From the sequence record PZ386966.1: a stretch of DNA of 64,000 bases. One strand, 5' to 3'. A program made the position numbers and the translations under genes. Below the pieces are notes generated by a model, which worked only from the letters and a program-made list of their open reading frames with translations, had not been told where the DNA came from and ran no database searches. Positions 30,142 to 39,755 of this stretch are shown in pieces (position 1 is the stretch's first letter; each line of letters starts with the position of its first letter). The DNA is from a phage.

Positions 30142-31923
30142 ATGACTAAATCACTTTATGCAGTACCAGCAGGTCTTAATGCAGATGCTTACAAGGCATC
30201 ACATATATATCAGTATCCAGATGCTACGCAATATCTTATGTTGAACCTGACACCACGTAGTGACAAATGGTTTAACAGCCCCTTAGCAATTGATGGTGTG
30301 GTGGCTTTTGGTATTCAACGTTTTGTTAAAGATTACTTGATAGACCACTGGAACGCAACTTTCTTTGAGCGTGATAAAAAAGAAGCAGTTGACGAAATCT
30401 TAGAAGTCATGAATGGTGTTCTGGGTAAAGATGCTATCGGTCGAGAGCATTGGGAAGCACTTCACGACTTAGGTTATCTACCAGTTGAAGTATACGCTGT
30501 AGAAGAAGGCACAGTTGTCCCTATGCGTGTTCCGATGATTGTTTTCCAGAACACTGTTTCAGGTTTCCATTGGGTAGCAGGTTATCTGGAAGATGCTTTC
30601 TCTGCTGAGATTTGGAAGGCTTGTACCATTGCAACTATTGCATTGCACTACAAACGTATCTGTAAGAAGTGGGCTGACCTTACTTGTGACAACGACTTGC
30701 ATTTACCTTATCAGTGCCATGACTTTGCTATGCGTGGTATGTCCGGCTTTACTGATGACGCATTTAACGCTGTAGGCCACTTAACCAGCTTTAAAGGAAC
30801 TGATAGCTTTCCTGCTGTGTATACGGCTAAACGAATCTATGGACAGTCCTACCCAATCTCTGATATTGGTAGTTCTGTACCAGCCACTGAGCACTCTGTA
30901 ATGTGTGCAAACATTGCTTGGGAAGGTGGTAATGAATTGATTGAAGAAGAAAGACGCTTCAAAGGTGAGTTGCAAACCTTCCGTCGCTTCTTAACAGAGA
31001 CTTACCCGACTGGTATTGCAAGTATTGTTTCAGATACTTATAACTTCTGGAGAACTGTGTCAGAAATCTTACCAGCACTTCGTAAAGAAATTATGGAACG
31101 TGATGGTAAACTGGTAATTCGTCCTGACTCTGGAGACCCTGTACACATTGTCACAGGTTATAAAGCAATCCACTTAGAGTGTGCTAAAAAGGCTTATTAT
31201 GAGCACCTAAGCAAGCTGGAAGCCAGCGACACAATGTTGAATGCTGTTCTGAACATGAAGCTTGAAAACATCAACTATGGTATTGCTGGATGGCTACTGT
31301 CAGAAGGCTACGAAATGGTTGTTGACAGAGAAGACTTTGAAGCTGCTGATACGGTGATGTTGAAAGATGCTTATATGGTTGGTTCTGCAAACGTTGTAAC
31401 ACGCCCTGTAGCGGAGATTGATGGAGCTATTAAGACACTGTACAACATCTTTGGGGGAACTATTAACTCTAAAGGGTTTAAGGTACTGGATGAGCATATC
31501 GGTCTTATCTATGGCGACTCTATCACGCTGGAACGTGCAAACGAAATCCTGAAGCGTCTGTATGAAATGGGTTTTGCAAGCTCTAACGTAGTGTTTGGTG
31601 TAGGCTCTTACACTTACCAGTACATGACTCGTGACACCTTTGCATTTGCTGTCAAAGCAACTCTTGCAAGCATTGGTGGTAAAGAGATTATGCTTGCAAA
31701 AGACCCTAAAACAGATAGTGGTGTTAAGAAATCTGCTTTTGGTGGTGTAGCACCTATGTGGGACGGTGATAAGCTGAAAGCTGTAGATGGCTATGGGTTC
31801 CAGAGTTTTGCAGATGTACTTGACCACCCAGCTTGTGCCTTACGTTTAGTCTTTAGTGACTCTGAGCAGTTCGGTTACACAACTCTTGGTGATATTCGAA
31901 ATAATATTGACAAGCAGCTTTAA
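30142..31923 (+). CDS. nicotinamide phosphoribosyltransferase (NAMPT/NadV)-like enzyme
   Basis: 593 aa; N-terminal DAYKASHIYQYPD resembling NAMPT DSYKVTHYKQYP; immediately downstream of Prs-like gene. Confidence 0.75.
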   Translation: MTKSLYAVPAGLNADAYKASHIYQYPDATQYLMLNLTPRSDKWFNSPLAIDGVVAFGIQRFVKDYLIDHWNATFFERDKKEAVDEILEVMNGVLGKDAIGREHWEALHDLGYLPVEVYAVEEGTVVPMRVPMIVFQNTVSGFHWVAGYLEDAFSAEIWKACTIATIALHYKRICKKWADLTCDNDLHLPYQCHDFAMRGMSGFTDDAFNAVGHLTSFKGTDSFPAVYTAKRIYGQSYPISDIGSSVPATEHSVMCANIAWEGGNELIEEERRFKGELQTFRRFLTETYPTGIASIVSDTYNFWRTVSEILPALRKEIMERDGKLVIRPDSGDPVHIVTGYKAIHLECAKKAYYEHLSKLEASDTMLNAVLNMKLENINYGIAGWLLSEGYEMVVDREDFEAADTVMLKDAYMVGSANVVTRPVAEIDGAIKTLYNIFGGTINSKGFKVLDEHIGLIYGDSITLERANEILKRLYEMGFASSNVVFGVGSYTYQYMTRDTFAFAVKATLASIGGKEIMLAKDPKTDSGVKKSAFGGVAPMWDGDKLKAVDGYGFQSFADVLDHPACALRLVFSDSEQFGYTTLGDIRNNIDKQL

Positions 31924-31976
31924 AAGTATATGATAAGAGGCTCCTACGGGAGCCTTTTTAATTTCTGGAGAATGCT

Positions 31977-32321
31977 ATGGACAACCTTTCCATATGGTTT
32001 AACAATAAACCTGTACAACCGAAATACTTACAAGTTGCCTATACAGACATCCTTAAAGTTCTCGGTAAAGAAAAGTTTGAAAAGTTTTGTGAAGGTATCT
32101 ACAATCACCACTGCCAATTTGCTACAAAAGAAGGTATGTTTGTCATAGAACAGTTCTTTGGCAGAGACCCAGATGACTCCGAAGAGATTAGCTTTGTAAT
32201 GAAATACATGATAGAGTATATTGAAAATCGTGGATTCGAAGTTAATCCTGAATTTTATGAGCATGAGGGTGTACCTTTAGCAAAAGGTTTCGATGGCATA
32301 CTCATTAACTGGACTTGGTGA
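31977..32321 (+). CDS. hypothetical protein
   Basis: 114 aa ORF. Confidence 0.4.
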   Translation: MDNLSIWFNNKPVQPKYLQVAYTDILKVLGKEKFEKFCEGIYNHHCQFATKEGMFVIEQFFGRDPDDSEEISFVMKYMIEYIENRGFEVNPEFYEHEGVPLAKGFDGILINWTW

Positions 32322-32326
32322 AAACT

Positions 32327-32662
32327 ATGAAAATCAAAGAGATGAACATCAACATTATCTTAGAAGAACGTTGGGAAAACATTAAGAAGCCTGAAGGTGG
32401 TAAAAAGTTCCTTAACAAAATTTTAGTAGCAGCTAAAGAAGAACTGACTGGCAAGATTGCAGCAGCAATCACAATAAAAGTCTGTGTAAAAGGTCTTCCA
32501 CAACATCACCAATTTGCACTTGACGAGTTTAAAGAAAGCTTCTACAATCCAAACAAACAGATGCTTGAAAGTAACTTTGCAGTATCTACAAGTATCGTCC
32601 ATGACAGAAGCTTTATCCTTTACAAGAATATGAGAGGTGAGTCATGCAAGCATATTGGATAG
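32327..32662 (+). CDS. hypothetical protein
   Basis: ORF 32315-32662, start uncertain. Confidence 0.3.
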   Translation: MKIKEMNINIILEERWENIKKPEGGKKFLNKILVAAKEELTGKIAAAITIKVCVKGLPQHHQFALDEFKESFYNPNKQMLESNFAVSTSIVHDRSFILYKNMRGESCKHIG

Positions 32663-32820
32663 AAATTTTACTATCACTTGGTAGTGTAGCAGTGTTTGTT
32701 TACCTTCTTTGCAAGTACTATGCAGAGTACAAGAAGTGTGACTACTGCAATGGGGAAGGGTATACAAGGGCAGGTTGTTGCCCTATGTGTGGTGGTTCTG
32801 GTAAAATGTTTAATAAGTGA
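32644..32820 (+). CDS. small membrane-anchored DnaJ-type zinc-finger protein (58 aa, below ORF-track cutoff)
   Basis: Manual translation: hydrophobic N-terminus then CDYCNGEG...CPMCGGSG (CxxCxGxG x2); GAGG RBS. Confidence 0.4.
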   Translation: MQAYWIEILLSLGSVAVFVYLLCKYYAEYKKCDYCNGEGYTRAGCCPMCGGSGKMFNK

Positions 32821-32848
32821 TTTAACAGTAAACTAAGAGGAAAGTATT

Positions 32849-35215
32849 ATGCGCATGGTAAACGACCACGCAGAAGTGATTAAGAGTTCAACTTCTTTGG
32901 AGACATCTCAAGCACAGATTACAATGACACCTGAAATGTTCAGCCTTTTGAGTTCAGGTGTATACACATTCAAAGAAAGGGCAGTGATTCGTGAACTGTC
33001 ATGTAACGCAGTAGATGCTCAAAAAGAAGCTGGAAAAGAGAACATCCCATTCCATGTGCATTTACCTACTCGATTTGAGCCTTACTTTGAAGTCCGTGAC
33101 TTTGGAACTGGTTTAACCCATGACAAAGTAATGAGTTTGTATCTGAACTATGGGGCTTCTACGAAGAATGACTCCAATGATTACATTGGTGCAATGGGTA
33201 TCGGCTCAAAATCCCCATTTGCAATTGCTCAGTCATTCACAGTATCTAGCTATGTTGATGGTGTTGTTAATAAGTACTCTGTTTACCTTGAGAATGGTAT
33301 CCCTCAAGTAACTAAGCTTACTACCAACCCAACAAATGAACCCAATGGTTTAGCTGTACGTGTAGCAGTTGCTGACCATCGTATTTCAAAGTTCTTTGAA
33401 GAGGCTGGTCATGTATACTCATACTTTGCTGTAAAACCAGAAAGTAACATTGTATATGATGATGTATTAGCAGATATGAATGTCATTGCCCGTGAAGAGG
33501 GTGTTTATGATGCTATGATTCATAAGCAAAGCTGGCGTTCTAGTGGCAACAGGACAGAGTTTAATGTGGTGATGGGTAATATTTCCTACCCAGTGAACAT
33601 GGAAGCATTACTTGGTGATGATTTCTTCAAAGTCTTGCCAGAGTTTTTCCGTAGGAGCGTAGACCTTGTAAACATCTACATGCCTATTGGTTCAGTGGCT
33701 ATTGCAGCTTCTCGTGAAGCATTGCAGATGAATGACACGACAAAAAATGTTATCATCGAGGCTACTAAAAAGATAACTGAAGCCATTACAAAGGATGTTA
33801 TCAAGAAAGTTAACAGTCAACCTACACTCATGGATGCTGCACAGGCTTATGCTGAGTTACGTTTAAACTCACGAGAGATGTTTAATGCTGTGTGTCCAAA
33901 GCTAGAGTGGGGTGGTGTTAAGCTTGATTCTCTGGAAGAAGAATTACTAAACATTCGTCGTGGGATTATCTACGCAGAAGACGGCTCAGTCATTTATGAA
34001 CGTGACGGTAAAGGTAATATTAAGGTTGATAGGAACGGGAATAATATCCCCAAAGTAGATTACCTATACAATCCAGTTGCTTATGTCAAGTTCAACTCTT
34101 TGGAGAGTAAGATTCGTGCAACATCGCTTTCCTACACTCAAGAGGCGAGTATGTTCAATATCTTTGGCGCAATGCGTAAAAGTCAAATTGAACAGTTTTT
34201 GTTTGTTATAAACGACCGTCGCAATAAAAATGGTACTGAGAAGACTGTAGGCCGCAATCAGATTCTGCGTGGTGCATGTCGAGACTACGCTAACGAGTCA
34301 AGCCTGTTCCACAGATACAATGGTATTGTGTTTGTATTCTCGACTGAAAAAGAGTTAGATGATTTAATCAACCTACATAAACTTGATAAAAGTTTGTTAA
34401 AGATTGTGAAGATGTCTGATAAGGAGCACCATTATCAGCGTAAAGAAGCTGTGAGGGGTGTTGTAAAACTCTGGAAAGCTGTTCCATCAGAAACTAAAGC
34501 TTCATACACAGAGGTGTCAGAAGACCTAGATACAATTGAAGAACCCCAGCTTTATATCAAGGCAGTAGGCGACACAGTTGATGGTGAATGTTTTTGCTCA
34601 TCCCCAGAAGATGTAGCTAAAACAATTGCTAATGTTATAGGAAAAACAGTCTATGTTTTCCGAAAAGCAAATTGGAAAAAGATACCAGAAGACTGGATTG
34701 GAGTAGATGAGAAGCTATTGAATGACAGCTTAACTGATGTTCACTGGATTAATCATAACAGGTATATGACACGTATCTATATGAATGGTGTCCTTGACCT
34801 TACAAGTAGTTGGATTATTGCCAGAAACTTTACGTTTAATAACAAGAAGATTTCTCGCGGGTATTGCTATTCACGAGATACAAACAAAACCATCTTCTTA
34901 GAAGGTAATGAGAATGCTGTTGAGGCAATGTTTGGTAAGATTCAGTATGTGGCTGCACCGTTTGCATACACTTACACTACCAGTGTTCTTCAGGATTTGA
35001 AGTCATGCCTTGACAATGATACAAAACTGTACAAAAAGATTAAGAAAGCGGGTGACCGCATGGTTATTAAACTGACAAACTACCTTTCAAAAAGAAAACA
35101 AGAAAACTTCTTGCTTTCCCATTTAGATTGGAATAAAGTGTCACCCATCGAAGTGAGTAAGTTCTTAGGCTTTGATGTGAAGTGTGTTCCAGAAGGAACT
35201 ACAGTTTACGATTAA
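32849..35215 (+). CDS. rIIA: rIIA-like protein
   Basis: 788 aa; N-terminal Bergerat-fold ATPase-like motif VIRELSCNAVDAQ; followed by rIIB-like gene. Confidence 0.6.
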   Translation: MRMVNDHAEVIKSSTSLETSQAQITMTPEMFSLLSSGVYTFKERAVIRELSCNAVDAQKEAGKENIPFHVHLPTRFEPYFEVRDFGTGLTHDKVMSLYLNYGASTKNDSNDYIGAMGIGSKSPFAIAQSFTVSSYVDGVVNKYSVYLENGIPQVTKLTTNPTNEPNGLAVRVAVADHRISKFFEEAGHVYSYFAVKPESNIVYDDVLADMNVIAREEGVYDAMIHKQSWRSSGNRTEFNVVMGNISYPVNMEALLGDDFFKVLPEFFRRSVDLVNIYMPIGSVAIAASREALQMNDTTKNVIIEATKKITEAITKDVIKKVNSQPTLMDAAQAYAELRLNSREMFNAVCPKLEWGGVKLDSLEEELLNIRRGIIYAEDGSVIYERDGKGNIKVDRNGNNIPKVDYLYNPVAYVKFNSLESKIRATSLSYTQEASMFNIFGAMRKSQIEQFLFVINDRRNKNGTEKTVGRNQILRGACRDYANESSLFHRYNGIVFVFSTEKELDDLINLHKLDKSLLKIVKMSDKEHHYQRKEAVRGVVKLWKAVPSETKASYTEVSEDLDTIEEPQLYIKAVGDTVDGECFCSSPEDVAKTIANVIGKTVYVFRKANWKKIPEDWIGVDEKLLNDSLTDVHWINHNRYMTRIYMNGVLDLTSSWIIARNFTFNNKKISRGYCYSRDTNKTIFLEGNENAVEAMFGKIQYVAAPFAYTYTTSVLQDLKSCLDNDTKLYKKIKKAGDRMVIKLTNYLSKRKQENFLLSHLDWNKVSPIEVSKFLGFDVKCVPEGTTVYD

Positions 35216-35294
35216 AGTGTTTGACAAGGGGCTTTGAAGCCCCTTAGAATAGCCTCACAAAATGATTTATTAACTAACAAGAGAGAGTAATAAG

Positions 35295-36404
35295 ATGACT
35301 ACTAAAACTAAAGCACAGATTGACGCAGAAATTTACAAACTGGTTAAAGAGGGTAAGCTGACTAAAACAGCTATTGCACAGAAATTTAACACCTCAACCC
35401 GTTCAGTCGGTCGTGCTGTAGAGCGTCATGAAGCAACCTTAAAAGGTAAGAAAAAGGTAGCTTCTAAACCAGCTACGAAGACTTTGAAGCAAGTTGCTAA
35501 ATCAGTTAAAAAGAAAGCTGGAAAACCAGTTGAAAATGTTGTTAAAGAGACTGTACAAAAGGCTCCGGTAAATAAACTACACGAAGCTATGCAGAATGGT
35601 AACCAGATTGAGTATATGATTACTGGCGATTCTGTTATCATGACTTTCGGTGCAGATTCTGAAATCATTGAATCTACCCATCCGAACTATAAAGAAATCG
35701 TAATGGCTGTTGTATCCGGTGAGTATAAGAAAGCTTTCGAACTGATGAACATTCGTAAGTCTATCGAAAACTTCACTCAGGGTGCTATCACAATCAAAGG
35801 TGACAAGCTATTCTACGGTGCTGTTGAGATGCGTTCTACTCTGGTTGACCGTATTCTTCACATGATGAAGACTGGAGATAAAGGTTTTGAACGCCTTGTG
35901 ATGTTCTTCGAAAAACTGATGGAAAACCCATCTAAAGACTCTGTAGAACAACTTTGGGGCTTCGTATCTCACCTTGATGTTGAAATTGATGAAGAAGGTT
36001 ACATCATTGGTTGGAAGAAAGTATCTACTCGTGAAGGCAAGCTGGTTGACTCCCACACCTACAGAGTACCTAATGATTTGGGTAACATTGTAGAAATGCC
36101 ACGTTGGATGGTTGATAATAACCGTAACGTGACTTGCTCTCAAGGTCTTCATGTTGGTGCTTGGGATTATGTTCGTTGCTTCTCAGGTGATACAATCCTG
36201 AAGGTTCGTGTCCATCCACGAGACGTTGTATCCGTACCAACTGATTACAATGATATGAAGATGCGCTCGTCTCGTTATGAAGTTGCAGCAATCGTTGATA
36301 ATCAACGTAAAGTGCTGAAAGCATGGGATGGCAAGACTGAAGCTTTGCATGTCATCGTTGGCACTGCTGGTGAACTCATCTCTCAACGTAAACGTGAAAT
36401 CTAA
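35295..36404 (+). CDS. rIIB: rIIB-like protein
   Basis: 369 aa, N-terminal HTH-like region, position downstream of rIIA-like gene. Confidence 0.5.
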   Translation: MTTKTKAQIDAEIYKLVKEGKLTKTAIAQKFNTSTRSVGRAVERHEATLKGKKKVASKPATKTLKQVAKSVKKKAGKPVENVVKETVQKAPVNKLHEAMQNGNQIEYMITGDSVIMTFGADSEIIESTHPNYKEIVMAVVSGEYKKAFELMNIRKSIENFTQGAITIKGDKLFYGAVEMRSTLVDRILHMMKTGDKGFERLVMFFEKLMENPSKDSVEQLWGFVSHLDVEIDEEGYIIGWKKVSTREGKLVDSHTYRVPNDLGNIVEMPRWMVDNNRNVTCSQGLHVGAWDYVRCFSGDTILKVRVHPRDVVSVPTDYNDMKMRSSRYEVAAIVDNQRKVLKAWDGKTEALHVIVGTAGELISQRKREI

Positions 36405-36420
36405 TAAGTAATTTCTTAAA

Positions 36421-36445
36421 AGGCTGCTTCGGCGGCCTTTTTTAT
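36421..36445 (+). terminator. intrinsic terminator
   Basis: GGCTGC-TTCG-GCGGCC then TTTTTT. Confidence 0.6.
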
Positions 36446-36504
36446 TTGTATTTTGTGCAGAGTGCTGTATAATTGTTGTCACGATAAACTAAACAGGAGA
36501 ACCA

Positions 36505-37053
36505 ATGAAGAAATTGATTCTAGGTTTGTGCTTAATGTTTACAGCACACTTATCTTATGCAGTTGACTGCCCAGAGCTATCAATTAGCCAAAAAGTAAAC
36601 ATGTTAAAAGCTTACCAGTATGGTGAGAATAACATGGGTAAAGGTTGGGGTATCACTCTAGCTGCTATAGCCTTACAAGAGTCAGAGTTAGGTCTGAAGG
36701 TAGAGAATAAAAAGACACATGATTATGGTATTTTCCAGAATCACTTGAAGACTGTTGTAAAGCGTAACAAAATTAGTCCTAATGTGGCTAAAAAGAAACT
36801 CTTAAGAGACTTTGACTATGCTGCAAAGGAAACGCACAAAGAACTTGAATTTTGGACAAAGGTGCATGGTCAGCCAAAGTCAAAGAAAACTTTACAAAAA
36901 GTTTTAGCATCATATAATGCTGGGTATTCGTACAGAATCCCTAAAGCTAAAAAATATTCTCAAGATGTCTATAACAACATGAAAGTTATCGCTCAATGTG
37001 AATTTGCAACAAACATTTCTAAGGTAAATCATGAAAAAATTAAGAAAGTCTGA
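36505..37053 (+). CDS. secreted lytic transglycosylase-like protein
   Basis: Signal peptide; AIALQESELG...GIFQ resembles SLT-domain ES/GLMQ motifs. Confidence 0.45.
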   Translation: MKKLILGLCLMFTAHLSYAVDCPELSISQKVNMLKAYQYGENNMGKGWGITLAAIALQESELGLKVENKKTHDYGIFQNHLKTVVKRNKISPNVAKKKLLRDFDYAAKETHKELEFWTKVHGQPKSKKTLQKVLASYNAGYSYRIPKAKKYSQDVYNNMKVIAQCEFATNISKVNHEKIKKV

Positions 37054-37726
37054 TGAAGTACTGTGTCATGCTTATGACTTACATCCTCATGAGTTAGGTC
37101 TTGATTCCTGTGTATGGACTCCAGAACAGTGTAGGGATTTTGAAGACACTGCAAGAGAAGTTGTATGTTCACTTGAAGAGTTTCACACATCAGAGCCAAT
37201 TGTGAATGTTGTAGATAAAGAGACTGGACAAACTATAGGGGTAAGTCGTGATAGTTTAGTCATAGTCAATAAAGACCTTGTAGAAAAAGGTAACCTCATC
37301 TTAGCAGATATTGATGGTGTTCTTACAAATTTTAATCACGAAGATTGCTCAACGGAATTGACTGATGGGTCATTCTCACAGTACACTAATCTTCTTGACT
37401 CTGTAAGAGCAAAACCAACGTATGTTTTTAGTATTATTGATGCAATTGCTAATCATGCTGCCATTGGACTCTTGACAGCGAGAGGTGAATCTCAGAGAAT
37501 ACCTACTGAGATGTTTTTAAGGCATAACATAGAGCATGACTACATGCTTTTTATGCGTGGTTTTGGAACTAACTCTATAAGTGCAGAAAGTTTGAAAGTG
37601 AGGATGATTCAATCTTGCATTCTGCCTTACTTTAATATAGTATGTTTTATAGAAGATACAGAGAAGAATGTGCAGAAGGTGAACAGAATCCTTCCACACA
37701 TTAAAACCATGTTAGTTAAACATTGA
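37031..37726 (+). CDS. HAD-superfamily hydrolase-like protein
   Basis: LADIDGVLTNF resembles HAD motif I (DxDGV). Confidence 0.35.
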   Translation: MKKLRKSDEVLCHAYDLHPHELGLDSCVWTPEQCRDFEDTAREVVCSLEEFHTSEPIVNVVDKETGQTIGVSRDSLVIVNKDLVEKGNLILADIDGVLTNFNHEDCSTELTDGSFSQYTNLLDSVRAKPTYVFSIIDAIANHAAIGLLTARGESQRIPTEMFLRHNIEHDYMLFMRGFGTNSISAESLKVRMIQSCILPYFNIVCFIEDTEKNVQKVNRILPHIKTMLVKH

Positions 37727-37736
37727 GAGAAAACTT

Positions 37737-38201
37737 ATGAACAATATCATTACGGTAGCACTGGACGATACGGTAAACAAATCGGCAGTAGTTCGTAAAA
37801 TGATTCAAGGTAACTTTGAAGGTAAAATTTTTCGTGCTGTTAATGTAAAAGCTGATGGCAGCATTCGTGAATATCGTGCATTGTTGAATGTTAAAAAACA
37901 CGTAAAAGGTGCTGGTTCAACGACTGCACACAAAGAAAACCTGATGACTATCTATGATATGGGTAAGGCTTCAGAGTTAGGTGCTGAAGGTATCGTTAAA
38001 GAAGGTGCTCCGTATCGCTCTTTCAATCTGGAAACTACTCTTATGCTTTCCTTTACAAGTGGTTCTAAAACAATCACTTACCTCTTTACTGATGCTGCAA
38101 CGGTATCTGCTATTAAGGATAGCACTGTCAAAGCTGGCGTAGTTGCTGCTGCAAAAGCTTCTTCGATGGCTGCGAATATCCTTGCTAAAGTCCTCGGTTA
38201 A
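37737..38201 (+). CDS. hypothetical protein
   Basis: 154 aa ORF followed by terminator at 38214-38236. Confidence 0.45.
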   Translation: MNNIITVALDDTVNKSAVVRKMIQGNFEGKIFRAVNVKADGSIREYRALLNVKKHVKGAGSTTAHKENLMTIYDMGKASELGAEGIVKEGAPYRSFNLETTLMLSFTSGSKTITYLFTDAATVSAIKDSTVKAGVVAAAKASSMAANILAKVLG

Positions 38202-38213
38202 GGTTAAGATACA

Positions 38214-38236
38214 GGCTCCTTCGGGAGCCTTTTTCA
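38214..38236 (+). terminator. intrinsic terminator
   Basis: AGGCTCC-TTCG-GGAGCCT then TTTTT. Confidence 0.6.
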
Positions 38237-38253
38237 TTTCAGGAGATTGTTAA

Positions 38254-38601
38254 ATGACATTTAAAGAGTTCTGTCAAGCTACTTTCATAATTGTTTTCTT
38301 AGTTGGGGCAGGTGTCTGGGGGGGATACTCTTACAGAGACTACCAAGTTGCTGAAACTGAGCTAAACAATCAAAAGCTCATAAGTGTTGCTAAAGATGCT
38401 TATCAGGAAGGTTTAGTCACACTCAGCACCAATTACAAAAATGATTTGAAAGATGTGCTTGCTAAGAATAAGCATACAAAAGAGGTACTAACATATGAAA
38501 AAACTAAGCCAGAGTTTTATAATGTTTGTGTTACTGATAACTATGTCAGGGTGTTCAACGAACAAAGTGAGCAGTACATTCAAAAACTCCCAAGTAAGTG
38601 A
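38254..38601 (+). CDS. membrane protein
   Basis: N-terminal TM segment FIIVFLVGAGVWGG; overlaps next ORF. Confidence 0.35.
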   Translation: MTFKEFCQATFIIVFLVGAGVWGGYSYRDYQVAETELNNQKLISVAKDAYQEGLVTLSTNYKNDLKDVLAKNKHTKEVLTYEKTKPEFYNVCVTDNYVRVFNEQSEQYIQKLPSK

Positions 38602-38764
38602 GAGTGATAAGTACACTCAAGAGGAATCACGGTATATCATCAAAGGCAACACAGGCAGTGATGTAGCAGCAGCCCTTGAGTTCTATCGTGACGGCTTTTA
38701 CCAGTGCACAATCAAAGCTAACAACCTTATTGACATGATTTTATTAGGGAATAAGCAGCAATGA
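38495..38764 (+). CDS. lipoprotein
   Basis: Signal peptide with lipobox ITMSGC; AAAGAGG RBS. Confidence 0.45.
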   Translation: MKKLSQSFIMFVLLITMSGCSTNKVSSTFKNSQVSESDKYTQEESRYIIKGNTGSDVAAALEFYRDGFYQCTIKANNLIDMILLGNKQQ

Positions 38765-39030
38765 CAGAGAATGAAGATACTTTTTACGTAGAAGGGTACT
38801 TACTGTTACCGCGACCAAAAGAAACTTATATGCGAATTGACTTCATACCAACCATTATGGATAATGTGATGTGTCATATCTTTATGCATGGTGTCACAGC
38901 ACAGCTTAAGCATGTTGGTAAAGACTGCAAAATAAAGGTTGACACTCATCCAGAAATCAAAGAGAATCACTACACATGGTTCTTACCAGATTCTAAAGAA
39001 ATCTTAGCAGTTCTTAAAACGAGGAAGTAA
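38761..39030 (+). CDS. hypothetical protein
   Basis: 89 aa ORF. Confidence 0.4.
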   Translation: MTENEDTFYVEGYLLLPRPKETYMRIDFIPTIMDNVMCHIFMHGVTAQLKHVGKDCKIKVDTHPEIKENHYTWFLPDSKEILAVLKTRK

Positions 39031-39032
39031 CT

Positions 39033-39359
39033 ATGCAGATTAATGGAAGAGACTTTGTAGCCGTTTACTACGAGAAAGATAAAGAAGTTGGCGTAGCTCA
39101 AGTATCTTATGGTAATGGTAAGTTGTTGTATGGGACAATCGCAGTAGTCGGAACAAGAAGTGATACAAAAACTTTTAAAGACTGTGTTGACCTTCTTGAA
39201 GAATCCATCCATAATCATTGGTGTCTGATATGGATGACTGACAACGAAGTGATAGAACGCTTCAAAAAGATTGGTATCAACATTGATAGTATTGAGCATG
39301 TTGACTTATATGAGCTAACTGAGAAGGTAAACTATGAAAGTAATACTAGCCAGAGATAA
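39033..39359 (+). CDS. hypothetical protein
   Basis: 108 aa ORF. Confidence 0.4.
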   Translation: MQINGRDFVAVYYEKDKEVGVAQVSYGNGKLLYGTIAVVGTRSDTKTFKDCVDLLEESIHNHWCLIWMTDNEVIERFKKIGINIDSIEHVDLYELTEKVNYESNTSQR

Positions 39360-39561
39360 AAAGACACGGAAAATTATCCGGTCAGCAGTATTCATTGGAA
39401 GAAATGAAGTGATTCCTTTTACAGCAAATGATGTGATAGTCTACAGGAAAAAATTAGCATTCAGTTATTGCTTACGTGGCTTCATCTCCCAACCGTTGGA
39501 AGACTTTAAAAGCCGTTGTGGTAAAGGTATCATCATTCAAGAGGCAATTATTCATGGCTGA
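39334..39561 (+). CDS. hypothetical protein
   Basis: 75 aa ORF. Confidence 0.35.
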   Translation: MKVILARDKKTRKIIRSAVFIGRNEVIPFTANDVIVYRKKLAFSYCLRGFISQPLEDFKSRCGKGIIIQEAIIHG

Positions 39562-39754
39562 TTTCTGCAAGAAGTGTGCAATAGAACATTTTGGTGTTGA
39601 TACAGGGGACTTGAAAGGTCTCTTCACCAAAGAAGAGTTTGAAGCTGGTTCAGCTATGCCAGTTATCTGTGAAGGTTGTGGTGCAGGTTATGTAGACCAT
39701 GAAGGTAACCGTGTAAAACCATCCGAAGATATGCAACGTTGGGAGCATTATTAG
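39554..39754 (+). CDS. small Cys-rich protein
   Basis: ORF 39476-39754 trimmed to MADFCKKC...; CxxC...CEGC motifs. Confidence 0.35.
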   Translation: MADFCKKCAIEHFGVDTGDLKGLFTKEEFEAGSAMPVICEGCGAGYVDHEGNRVKPSEDMQRWEHY

Positions 39755-39755
39755 T

